In this document: in pieces, positions 1-9,628 of the stretch
How the letters are laid out: each line of letters opens with the position of its first letter
Numbering within the stretch: the stretch's first letter is position 1
NCBI GenBank assembly: GCA_965205865.1
Contig: CBDBHR010000025.1
Coordinates: 192,001-256,000 of the forward strand
Source of the DNA: a bacterium
Lineage (GTDB): Bacteria > SAR324 > NAC60-12
Direction of reading: 5' to 3'
DNA length: 64,000 nt
Made by a program: the position numbers and the translations under genes
Notes under the pieces: model-generated
Told to the model about the DNA's origin: nothing
Seen by the model: the letters and a program-made list of their open reading frames with translations, nothing else
The model's database searches: none

Positions 1-1
1 C

Positions 2-1021
2 AGCTCCACTTTCGCTACCACCAACCGCAATAAGCGCTCGATTGTCCTTAATCTCAAGGAGTCACTGGGTCTGGAATTATTGAGGAAGTTAGTACGTACG
101 GCAGATGTTTTTATCCAAAACTTCCGACCCGGCACCGCAGAACGTATGGGAATGGGAGAAGACGATCTGCGAATAATCAAAGCTGATCTGCTTTACGTTT
201 CCATCAGCGGATTCGGAGAAAAGGGGCCCTACCGACACAAACGGGTTTATGACCCGATCATCCAGGCGCTTTCCGGGTTGGCGTCGATTCAAAAAAACAG
301 AGATACTGGCAGACCACACATGGTCCGAGCCGTTATCCCTGATAAATTAACGGCCATCACGGCAGCGCAAGCAGTCACGGCAGGTCTGCTTTCCCGTGCC
401 AGAACCGGCCAAGGACAGCATATCCGGCTTTCCATGTTGGACAGCATGCTTTCCTTCCTCTGGCCTGAAAGCATGTCTAACTACACTATCATCGAAAAAG
501 AGCCCGGCCAGACTCGCGAAGAGTTGGCCCAGGATTTGATTTTTGAAACGAAAGACGGGTACATCACCGTTGGTACTGTTCAGGATGCGGAATGGAAAGG
601 ATTGGCCACAGGTCTCGAACATCCGGAATGGCTTGAAGATCCACGGTTCAAAACAGCTGCAGATCGTCTAAAGAACGTTGTGGCACGTCTGGCTCTTACG
701 GCTGAAGTGTTGAAAACGCGCACTACCGGCAAATGGCTGGAGGTGTTGGACTCCTATGAAGTGCCATGCGCTCCTGTTTTGAACCGGGAAGAAATCGTGG
801 ATTCTCCTCAAGTGATTGCGAACGAGTTGATCGTGGAAAGCAATCATCCACGAATCGGCCGCATCCGCCAGGCACGGGGGGCAGCTCGCTTTGATCAAAC
901 CTCGACCCATCATTTTCGCCCGGCCCCCACTTTAGGAGAACACACGGATGAAATCCTGTGCGAGCTCGGACTTTCCTTGGAAGACATCGCCATCTTACGG
1001 AGCAACCAGGTGGTCGCTTGA
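2..1021 (+). CDS. CoA-transferase family III (CaiB/BaiF), 5' end outside window
   Basis: Frame is open from base 2 (NRNKRSIVLNLK). Motifs ADVFIQNFRPG, YVSISGFG, YDPIIQALSG and APTLGEHTDEIL. Confidence 0.93.
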   Translation, partial: SSTFATTNRNKRSIVLNLKESLGLELLRKLVRTADVFIQNFRPGTAERMGMGEDDLRIIKADLLYVSISGFGEKGPYRHKRVYDPIIQALSGLASIQKNRDTGRPHMVRAVIPDKLTAITAAQAVTAGLLSRARTGQGQHIRLSMLDSMLSFLWPESMSNYTIIEKEPGQTREELAQDLIFETKDGYITVGTVQDAEWKGLATGLEHPEWLEDPRFKTAADRLKNVVARLALTAEVLKTRTTGKWLEVLDSYEVPCAPVLNREEIVDSPQVIANELIVESNHPRIGRIRQARGAARFDQTSTHHFRPAPTLGEHTDEILCELGLSLEDIAILRSNQVVA

Positions 1022-1049
1022 AACGGACAACGACAGTCATACAACGATC

Positions 1050-2636
1050 ATGACCGACGCATACTGGAATCAACCATATCCTGCAACACGTCGCCCCATT
1101 CTTGCCAGAAACGTTGTTGCGACTTCGCAACCCCTCGCCGCCCAAGCCGGTCTGGAGATGTTCCGCCGCGGTGGCAATGCAATGGACGCCGCGCTGGCAA
1201 CTGCCATTGCTCTCACGGTTGTGGAACCTACCTCCAACGGCATTGGCAGTGATGCGTTCGCCTTGTTCAATCAGGGAAATCATTTGCTGGGCCTGAATGC
1301 TTCCGGGAAAAGTCCCGGGGGTTGGTCCCGTGAATATTTTTCCAAATACGCGGAGATGCCGTATAAAGGCTGGGACACGGTCACGGTCCCCGGCGCGGTA
1401 TCCGCATGGGTCGAGTGTTCCCAAAACTATGGGAAATTGGAGTTTGTTGAATTATTTGAACCTGCCATTCGCTACGCCAAGGAAGGTTTCCTTGTCTCTC
1501 CTGTGACCGCAAACAGTTGGGCAATGCAGGTCGATCGTTTTCGTGACCGGCAAGATTTGTTTTCAACGTTTGCGCCAAACGGACGAGCTCCCCGACCTGG
1601 AGAACTCTTCAAGTGTCCGTATCATGCCACAACCTTGGAAAAGATTGCCGGAAGCAAAGGAGAAGCTTTTTATCGAGGAGAACTGGCTGAAAAAATTGTT
1701 ACCCATTGTAAAGCCCAGGGAGGCGCCATGGAACTCGAGGATTTGGCCTCGCACCAGCTTGAGTGGGTCTCGCCTCTCTCCATTGATGTCCATAATTTCG
1801 ATCTTTACGAAATCCCCCCCAATGGCCAGGGTTTGGCCGCCTTGATTGCTCTCGGAATTTGCCGGTACTTCAATCTGAAAAACCTGGCGCCCGAGTCTGC
1901 CGATGCTCTGCACGTCCAGTTGGAAGCGATGAAATTGGCATTTGCCGATTTGTATTCGCATGTATCCGACCCTGCAACCATGCAGGTTCCTCCTCAAACT
2001 TTTCTGGAACCCGACTACTTGGAGCAACGAGCTGGGCAAATCAATATGAAACAAGCCGGCATTCGACAAACCGGCATTCCTTTGCAAGGTGGCACTGTTT
2101 ATCTTTGTAGCGGTGACCGGGACGGGATGATGGTTTCTTTCATTCAATCCAACTATGCCGGTTTTGGCTCGGGAGTGGTTGTTCCGGAAACAGGAATCAG
2201 TTTGCAGAACCGGGGAGCAGGCTTTGTCCTCGACAAAAATCATCCAAATTGCGTCGACGGTGGGAAACGCCCCCTGCATACGATCATTCCCGCAATGATT
2301 TACCAGGACGGTCGACCTCGATCCGCCTTTGGCGTCATGGGGGGACACATGCAAGCTCAGGGACACCTGCAGATGATGTTACGTTTCACGCTGTGGAATC
2401 AAAATCCCCAAACTGCTCTGGATGCTCCACGCTGGATGATCAATAATCCCGGTGAAATCTGGATTGAAGAAGGAATCACCTCCTCTGCCCTCGATGAATT
2501 GAGCAGCCGTGGTCACCAAATTACAGTCCATCCCAGGGGGCCCAATTTCGGTGGAGGACAGTGCGTTTGGAAGCTGGAAGATGGCTATCTGGGTGCCAGT
2601 GAGCCGCGAAAGGACGGACAAGCCGTCGGATTTTAA
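1050..2636 (+). CDS. ggt: Gamma-glutamyltransferase family protein
   Basis: GGNAMDAA, VVEPTSNGIGSDAF, nucleophile region GGTVYL, LQNRG, KRPLHTIIP and GVMGG. Start taken at ATG 1050, after the upstream stop. Confidence 0.93.
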   Translation: MTDAYWNQPYPATRRPILARNVVATSQPLAAQAGLEMFRRGGNAMDAALATAIALTVVEPTSNGIGSDAFALFNQGNHLLGLNASGKSPGGWSREYFSKYAEMPYKGWDTVTVPGAVSAWVECSQNYGKLEFVELFEPAIRYAKEGFLVSPVTANSWAMQVDRFRDRQDLFSTFAPNGRAPRPGELFKCPYHATTLEKIAGSKGEAFYRGELAEKIVTHCKAQGGAMELEDLASHQLEWVSPLSIDVHNFDLYEIPPNGQGLAALIALGICRYFNLKNLAPESADALHVQLEAMKLAFADLYSHVSDPATMQVPPQTFLEPDYLEQRAGQINMKQAGIRQTGIPLQGGTVYLCSGDRDGMMVSFIQSNYAGFGSGVVVPETGISLQNRGAGFVLDKNHPNCVDGGKRPLHTIIPAMIYQDGRPRSAFGVMGGHMQAQGHLQMMLRFTLWNQNPQTALDAPRWMINNPGEIWIEEGITSSALDELSSRGHQITVHPRGPNFGGGQCVWKLEDGYLGASEPRKDGQAVGF

Positions 2637-2729
2637 CTTGAAAACGATCTCCCTTGCGGACAATATGATGCCTTCAGTCCCCATTCGAAGCTTCCTGGAA
2701 AGAATTAACCCTGCAAAATAATCTCAAGA

Positions 2730-2828
2730 GGAGATGGATGCGTCACTGGTGGGCGCCCCGGGCTTCAAACCCGCGCGTGTGGTACTAACACTGTCACAGG
2801 TGAGTTCGATTCTCACACATCTCCGCCA
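2730..2828 (+). tRNA. selC: tRNA-Sec (anticodon UCA)
   Basis: Acceptor GGAGATG...CATCTCC-GCCA, anticodon loop CT-TCA-AA, long variable arm, T-arm GTGAG-TTCGATT-CTCAC; 99 nt. Confidence 0.93.
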
Positions 2829-2991
2829 TTGAATTTTATTCAAAAATTGAAAAAATGAGAGTAAACACGGGGGCTGTCAATGCCCCTCTATTTCACTGTC
2901 AGAAATAAATAATATCTGAAAAGAAAATATATCCGCATGCGCACTCTTATTGATACTCTACAAATTTTGAATTGCCTTTAAATTCGTTGCT

Positions 2992-3366
2992 ATGAAAAAA
3001 AATGAGAAAACCGGACTGATACGAATCCGGAAAGCTTTTTTCTATTCATGGGATGGTTTGAATGCGGCTTTTCAGAACGAAGCGGCTTTCCGGCAGGAAG
3101 TATTGCTTGCCTGTTTGATGATTCCAATTCCTTTATTTCTCTCAATCAGTATTCCGATGAGAGCCATGATGATTGGCAGTTTGTTCCTGGTGCTGATAGT
3201 TGAAATTCTCAATTCTGCGATTGAAGCGATTGTGGACCGTATCTCTTTGGAACGTCACCCGTTATCAAAACGGGCCAAAGATTTGGGGAGTGCCGCCGTG
3301 TTTTTGAGCCTGATCAACGTCCTGGGAATCTGGCTGCTCGGATTTCGAGAATGGCTTCAACAATGA
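2992..3366 (+). CDS. dgkA: Diacylglycerol kinase
   Basis: EAAFRQE, EILNSAIEAIVD and AKDLGSAAV motifs; hydrophobic helices. Confidence 0.95.
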   Translation: MKKNEKTGLIRIRKAFFYSWDGLNAAFQNEAAFRQEVLLACLMIPIPLFLSISIPMRAMMIGSLFLVLIVEILNSAIEAIVDRISLERHPLSKRAKDLGSAAVFLSLINVLGIWLLGFREWLQQ

Positions 3367-3892
3367 ATCTAAACTATATTTTCGGATTACTTGATATATT
3401 TCAGTCAAGACATGTAGAGTTGCCCCGGAGCGGGATGCCGGACTAATTTCCGATCGTGCTGATCCAAGCCCTCATCAGGGTGGCAGGACGATCCTGATCC
3501 ATCTGAAAATGAATAAGCAGTGAACTAAAAGAAAACAGGTGAAAACGGACGTGAAATCGCAGGACAATGTTGCCATTGCTGGTTACGAAGCCGAACTGTG
3601 GCGCATGGCCGACACCCTGCGCGGCAGCATGGATGCCGCCGAATACAAGCACGTCGTCCTCGGCCTCATCTTCCTCAAATACATCTCCGACGCCTTCGAG
3701 GAAATGCGCGCCCGCCTCGAAGAAGAGCGCGCGCAAGGCGCTGACCCTGAAGATCCCGACGAGTATCGCGCCGAGAACATCTTCTGGGTGCCGGCCAAAG
3801 TGCGTTGGATACAGCTCAAGGCGCAGGCGAAGCAACCTGCCATCGGCCAACTCGTCGACGACGCAATGGCCGGGATCGAGCATGACAATCCG
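3362..3892 (+). repeat. About 530 bp near-identical direct repeat (hsdM leader plus 5' hsdM), copy 1; copy 2 at 7702..8233
   Basis: Both copies start AATGAATCTAAA and run to GACAAYCCG with scattered substitutions. Confidence 0.95.
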
Positions 3893-4307
3893 CAGCTCTT
3901 CTCCCTCTCCCTCGAAGGGAGAGGTCCGGGGTGAGGGTGCCGCCACGGAGCTTGCTCTTCTTTTTCCCTCTCCCTCGAAGGGAGAGGTCCGGGGTGAGGG
4001 TGCCGCCACGGAGCTTGCTCTTCTTTCTCCCTCTCCCTCGAAGGGAGAGGTCCGGGGTGAGGGTGCCACCACGGAGCTTGCTCTTCTTTCTCCCTCTCCC
4101 TCGAAGGGAGAGGTCCGGGGTGAGGGTGCCGCCACGGAGCTTGCTCTTCTTTTTCCCTCTCCCTCGAAGGGAGAGGTCCGGGGTGAGGGTGCCGCGATTT
4201 ACCGCGATATTCCCGGTTTTTGCAAAAGCGCAACCGTGAATTCGGACGTTGCCATCAAGAACAACTTCAAGGCGGTGGATTTCCCACTAGGAGGAAAATG
4301 CTCATGA
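3539..4307 (+). pseudogene. hsdM: Type I RM methyltransferase remnant with two internal deletions
   Basis: N-terminus nearly identical to hsdM at 7880. About 992 nt (including NPPF) are deleted at a CG microhomology near 3891, causing a frameshift. It resumes with the repeats and [12 protein letters not shown], then a second deletion. Confidence 0.92.
3901..4190 (+). repeat. Five tandem palindromic units, 63 bp period (CCCTCTCCC-TCGAA-GGGAGAGGTCCGGGGTGAGGGT)
   Basis: Units start at 3901, 3964, 4027, 4090 and 4153. Confidence 0.97.
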
Positions 4308-4549
4308 CAGTCAATGAGTTGATCGAACTACTCCAAAAATATCCCGCCGGACTGCGCGTAGTAGTGAACGGTTACGAAGAGGGTTACGACGACCTCTCAC
4401 CGCAACAAATCTCTATTGCGACGATTTGCCTGAACACCGGGGTCCATCTCTGGCAAGGCCGGCATGGAGACCCGTCCTTCTCGATGGAAGGGACCACGGA
4501 CGAGGAAGAAACCGTCGATGCTCTGGTCCTCCGTCGCGAATCCAATTGA
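4304..4549 (+). CDS. Small hypothetical protein (MTVNELIELLQKYP...)
   Basis: AGGAGG RBS upstream; start overlaps the stop of the hsdM remnant (ATGA). Confidence 0.7.
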   Translation: MTVNELIELLQKYPAGLRVVVNGYEEGYDDLSPQQISIATICLNTGVHLWQGRHGDPSFSMEGTTDEEETVDALVLRRESN

Positions 4550-4572
4550 TGGAGGCAATCCGAAGGCAGAAC

Positions 4573-4989
4573 ATGGTCGATCACGAAAAATTTCGAATGT
4601 CGCTCAAGCGACTGGAAGAGCAGTACGGGAATTACCCGGCACACGACACTTGCTTGCCCGATTTGATTCGGGAAGCTGTCGCAGAATCAGCAATCCAGCG
4701 TTTCGAGACCTGCTATGACTGTTTGTGGAAGGTATTGAGACGATACCTGATTGAAGAATTGGGTCTCGCGGAAACGCCCAACAGCCCCAAGCCCCTCTTT
4801 AAACTGACTCACGAGAACACTCTATTCGACGCATCACTGGAGCAATGGCTGATCTATGCGGACAGGCGCGTAGATACGACCCACGACTACAGAGGTGAGA
4901 AAACACAAGCCTGCCTGGACATCATGGACGATTTCATCGACGACGCCATCGGCCTCTACCAGACCATGAGCGGGGAGACATGGGGATAA
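4573..4989 (+). CDS. HEPN / nucleotidyltransferase substrate-binding (HI0074-like) protein, copy 1
   Basis: [24 protein letters not shown] and R-x4-H-x-Y motif (RVDTTHDY); sits directly upstream of an MNT domain. Confidence 0.88.
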   Translation: MVDHEKFRMSLKRLEEQYGNYPAHDTCLPDLIREAVAESAIQRFETCYDCLWKVLRRYLIEELGLAETPNSPKPLFKLTHENTLFDASLEQWLIYADRRVDTTHDYRGEKTQACLDIMDDFIDDAIGLYQTMSGETWG

Positions 4990-7095
4990 ACCGGCCCATC
5001 GACATCACGGCGGAGCAGCGCAAAACACTTCTGGCGTTGCTCGAGAAGCATTTACCGAACACGACCACCTGGGTCTATGGCTCTCGTATCCAATGGAATG
5101 CGCGGCCTCAATCCGATCTCGACATGGTGGTCTTCACATCCCCATCGCAAGAAAGCCACGTATCCGCGCTCAGGGAAGCTCTCGAAGAAATCAACCTCCC
5201 ATTTCGCGTCGATCTGTTCGTCTGGGACGATGTGCCTGAGTCTTTCCGAAAGCACATCAAGAGGGATCATATCGTGTTGATTGCAACCAACCATTCCGAC
5301 GGCTCCGAGAGCCACCTGGAAGTGGCGGACAAAGACCACGTGGTATTTCGGGAAAAAATGGGAAGAAAGCCTCAAGTAAATGGTGAGTGGCATAAGGGTT
5401 GGTGCGAACTGCCATTTAGCGAAGCAGTCCAACTCAACCCAACAGTCTCTATCAACCGCGGTACTGTTTACCCGTTCGTCGACATGAGCGCCGTAAACGT
5501 CGGTTCTCGCTTCGCATACGCTTCGGAGCAACGCCTATTCAAGGGAGGAGGCTCCAGATTCCGGAACGGAGACACCCTGATGGCTCGTATCACTCCTTGC
5601 TTGGAGAATGGCAAGATTGCGCGCTACCAAGCAGTCGACTCCGTCAGCGTCGGGCATGGCTCGACGGAGTTCATAGTCATACGTGGACGCCCGAAGATTA
5701 CAGACAACGATTTCGTCTACTACCTGACCAAATGGGAGGAAGTCCGCAATTATGTGATTGGGCAGATGACTGGAACCTCTGGCAGACAGCGAGTGCCCAC
5801 GGACGCTTTGGACCATCTGATGGTTCCCCTTCCACCCTTATCCGAACAACGCGCCATCGCCCACATCCTGGGCACGCTGGACGACAAGATCGAGTTGAAC
5901 CGGCGCATGAACGAGACCTTGGAAGCGATGGCGCGGGAGCTGTTCAAATCCTGGTTCGTCGATTTCGATCCCGTCCATGCGAAAGCCACCCTGAAACGCC
6001 AAAGCCCTCCGCCAAAACCAGACAAATGCGGAGGGACTCCTCTGGCACTACTTGCGCAACAAACAACTGGACGGTCACAAATTTCGACGTCAACAGCCAA
6101 TAGGCCCCTACATCGTGGACTTTGCCTGCATGCCCCGGAAATTGATCGTCGAACTGGATGGTGGCCAACATGCTAAACAAGAAGCCAATGATGACAAGCG
6201 TAATACATATTTAAAGGACAAGGGTTTCCGCATACTGCGCTTCCGGAACAACGAAGTCTTCGAGAATTGTTTCGGCGTACTGGAGAGCATTTATACCGCC
6301 CTGCATCATCACCCTCCCCTCGAGGGAGGGTCGAAAGACGCCAGTCTTTCGGGGAGGGGCTCCCCCCCACCGCATCAACCGTCGCCTGCCGGCTCGGTTT
6401 CTGCGACTCCCCCTCGAGGGGGGAGTGAGTGGACCCCGGAACGCGCCCGCGCCTATCTCGACAGCATGGACGACGACATCATGTCCCTGTTCCCCGACAG
6501 TTTCGAAGACTCAGAATTGGGAAAGATTCCAAAGGGGTGGGAGGTGAAGACGTTGGAGGAGAATGGAACGATAATCACGGGCAAAACTCCGAGCACTCGT
6601 AACCCGAATTTCTACGGAGATGACGTTCCGTTGTTGAAGATCCCCGATATGCGCGGAAAGATACATGTAGTGGAAACAAGCACGATGCTTTCAAGAGAGG
6701 GAGCGTCCTCACAACCGACAAAGGCCCTATCTTCCGGTAGCGTTTCAGTCAGTTGCATAGCCTCGCCGGGTTTGGTTGTCTTGAATCACCAAGAGACCCA
6801 TACCAACCAGCAAATCAACAGCATCATCCCTAAAGACAAGCGAGCTGGCAAATATCTATTCTGGACATGTAGAAGACTGTCGACAGAAATAATTTCGGGG
6901 AGTAGCGGAGGATCTATTTTTGGCAATATGAACAAGTCAACATTTGGCGCCCTACTAATCCTGAACCCGGAGTCAACGCTTGTTCGCATGTTTGATATTT
7001 TGATCACTCCAATACACAACCAAATACTATTGAATGAGCAACAAAAAATTCTACTAACACGCATCCGGGACATTCTGCTGCCAAAATTAATGTCG
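4980..7095 (+). pseudogene. hsdS: MNT-HsdS(-DUF559) fusion, frameshifted, with different TRDs from copy 2
   Basis: [38 protein letters not shown] 116-nt deletion relative to copy 2 near 6000 shifts the frame. DUF559 and TRD2 lie in ORF 6052..; HsdS similarity ends at LLPKLMS. Confidence 0.9.
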
Positions 7096-7706
7096 CGGAA
7101 ATATTCGATACTTTCGCATACAGTTATGGTCAAGTGGATGAAGGAACACTTTATCGATACGCGCAATCGAGGATTCCCGAATTGCAACAGCCGTATCTCC
7201 TGATTCTGTCTACGATCAGCACCCATGCTCCTTATTATTTTCCGGATTCGATTAATTTCAATGGAAATGCAAACGCGAGAGCGGCCTATCATTATGCGGA
7301 CAATGAACTGGGGAAATTTATCCGGTTTTTCGACGATTCCCCATTGTTCGAGGATAGACTGCTTCTGATCACGGTGGACACGGCAACGGGATGGTGTCCT
7401 CTTTTCGGGAAAGATTCTGAATATGGAAGGATGATTCATTCCCAGAAAGTTCCTTTACTCTTCTATTATCAAGGACTAAAACACCCTGTGATTATTGATA
7501 TTCCTGGCGCCCACTATGATATTGCTCCCACTCTGTTGAATATTCTCGGAATTGAATATCAAGCTTCTTTTATAGGGAAGAATCTCTTTGAAAAAGAGGG
7601 TTTGACAGGAAGAGCCATTCTATTCAACAGAAGCTCCTATCGCGGTCTGTTGCAAGGGAGTTGTATTCATTACCATCAAATGCACTCTCTCCTTGCAATT
7701 AAATGA
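7096..7706 (+). pseudogene. Fragment of an LTA synthase/sulfatase-family gene
   Basis: STISTHAPY, YADNELGKFI, VPLLFY, DIAPTLLNILG and GKNLF; no N-terminal membrane domain; joined to the hsdS remnant. Confidence 0.8.
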
Positions 7707-7879
7707 ATCTAAAACTATATTTTCGGATTACTTGATATATTCCAGTCAAGACATGTAGAGTTGCCCCGGAGCGGGATGCCGGACTAATTTCCGATCGTGC
7801 TGATCCAAGCCCTCATCAGGGTGGCGGGACGATCCTGATCCATCTGAAAATGAATAACCAGTGAACTAAAAGGAAACAG

Positions 7880-9628
7880 GTGAAAACGGATGTGAAATCG
7901 CGGGACAATGGCGCCATCACGGGTTACGAAGCCGAACTGTGGCGCATGGCCGACACCCTGCGCGGCAGTATGGATGCCGCCGAATACAAGCACGTCGTCC
8001 TCGGTCTCATCTTCCTCAAATACATCTCCGATGCCTTCGAGGAAATGCGCGCCCGCCTCGAAGAAGAGCGCACACAAGGCGCTGACCCGGAAGACCCGGA
8101 CGAGTATCGCGCCGAGAACATCTTCTGGGTGCCGGCCAAAGCGCGTTGGACACAGCTCAAGGCGCAGGCGAAGCAGCCCACCATCGGCCAACTCGTCGAC
8201 GACGCAATGGCCGGGATCGAGCATGACAACCCGGCGCTCAGGGACGTGCTGCCCAAGGATTATGCGCGCCCCGCGCTTGATAAACAACGACTCGGCCAAC
8301 TCATCGACATGATTAGTAATATCAGAGTGGGTGATCAGGAAGCGCGCTCCAAGGACGTGCTGGGTCGCGTGTACGAGTATTTCCTCTCTCAGTTCGCCAG
8401 CGCCGAAGGCAAGAAAGGAGGCGAATTCTACACCCCGCGTTGCGTCGTCAAGCTTCTTGTCGAGATGCTCGAACCCTGGCAGGGACGAGTTTACGATCCC
8501 TGTTGCGGTTCGTCCGGCATGTTTGTGCAATCTGTCGAATTCATCCGAGCCCACGCTACCGGAAACGGCAATGGCGGGAAAATACCACGGGGCGCCAAGG
8601 CTGTCTCCATCTATGGCCAGGAATCGAACTATACGACCTGGCGGCTTGCCAGAATGAACCTCGCCATTCGAGGTATCGAAGGTCAGATTGCTCACGGTGA
8701 CACCTTCCACAATGACCGCCACCCCGACCTCAAGGCGGACTTCATCCTCGCCAATCCGCCATTCAATATTTCCGACTGGGGAGGGGGGCAACTCACTGAC
8801 GACAAGCGCTGGCAATACGGCATCCCACCCAAGGGCAACGCCAACTTCGCTTGGGTGCAGCACATCGTCCATCACCTCGCGCCCAATGGCACAGCCGGCT
8901 TCGTCCTGGCCAACGGATCGATGTCGTCGAACCAGTCTGGTGAGGGAAATATCCGCAAAAGCCTGATCGAAGCGGACCTGGTGGACTGCATGGTAGCGCT
9001 GCCGGGCCAACTCTTCTATTCCACTCAGATTCCCGCCTGTCTCTGGTTCCTGGCAAGGGACCGCCACACCTCCCGCGGCAAGGTGGGTCTGCTATCCGGG
9101 CGTGACCGGCGCGGCGAAGTGCTCTTCATCGACGCGCGCAAACTGGGCCGTATGGTCGACCGCACTCACCGCGAGCTGACCCATGAGGACGTTTCCCGCA
9201 TCGCCGACACCTACCACGCTTGGCGCAACTCTTCTCCCTCTCCCTCGAAGGGAGAGGGCCGGGGTGAGGGTACGACGACGAAGCTTTCTCCCTCTCCCTC
9301 GCAGGGAGAGGGCCGGGGTGAGGGTGCGACGACGGAGCTTTCTCCGTCTCCCTCGAAGGGAGAGGGCCGGGGTGAGGGTGACGCGATTTACCATGATATT
9401 CCCGGATTCTGCAAAAGCGCGACCTTGGATGAGGTACGCAAACACGGTCATACCCTCACCCCTGGCCGCTACGTAGGGGCAGAGCGACAAGAAGACGATG
9501 GCGAGCCATTCGAAGTCAAGATGGGGCGCCTCACCGCCCAGTGGCGCGAACAACAGTCTGAAGCCACCAGACTAGACGCTGCTATTGCCGCTAACCTGAA
9601 GTTACTCGGATTTGGAGAAAACCGATGA
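7880..9628 (+). CDS. hsdM: Type I RM N6-adenine methyltransferase subunit M
   Basis: [17 protein letters not shown] (motif I) and ANPPF (motif IV). Confidence 0.97.
   Translation: MKTDVKSRDNGAITGYEAELWRMADTLRGSMDAAEYKHVVLGLIFLKYISDAFEEMRARLEEERTQGADPEDPDEYRAENIFWVPAKARWTQLKAQAKQPTIGQLVDDAMAGIEHDNPALRDVLPKDYARPALDKQRLGQLIDMISNIRVGDQEARSKDVLGRVYEYFLSQFASAEGKKGGEFYTPRCVVKLLVEMLEPWQGRVYDPCCGSSGMFVQSVEFIRAHATGNGNGGKIPRGAKAVSIYGQESNYTTWRLARMNLAIRGIEGQIAHGDTFHNDRHPDLKADFILANPPFNISDWGGGQLTDDKRWQYGIPPKGNANFAWVQHIVHHLAPNGTAGFVLANGSMSSNQSGEGNIRKSLIEADLVDCMVALPGQLFYSTQIPACLWFLARDRHTSRGKVGLLSGRDRRGEVLFIDARKLGRMVDRTHRELTHEDVSRIADTYHAWRNSSPSPSKGEGRGEGTTTKLSPSPSQGEGRGEGATTELSPSPSKGEGRGEGDAIYHDIPGFCKSATLDEVRKHGHTLTPGRYVGAERQEDDGEPFEVKMGRLTAQWREQQSEATRLDAAIAANLKLLGFGENR
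9234..9379 (+). repeat. Three in-frame palindromic units, 54 bp period, inside hsdM ([13 protein letters not shown])
   Basis: Units at 9234, 9288 and 9342, between YHAWR and [11 protein letters not shown]. Confidence 0.97.

Noticed and set aside
3901-4190. CRISPR array from 63-bp palindromic units
   Set aside because: Linkers are nearly identical and the array lies in hsdM-derived coding sequence.
3443-9553. Long antisense or alternate-frame ORFs over hsdM (3443-4135, 3583-4233, 7784-9067, 9092-9553)
   Set aside because: Shadow ORFs of GC-rich coding DNA and repeats; no independent motifs.
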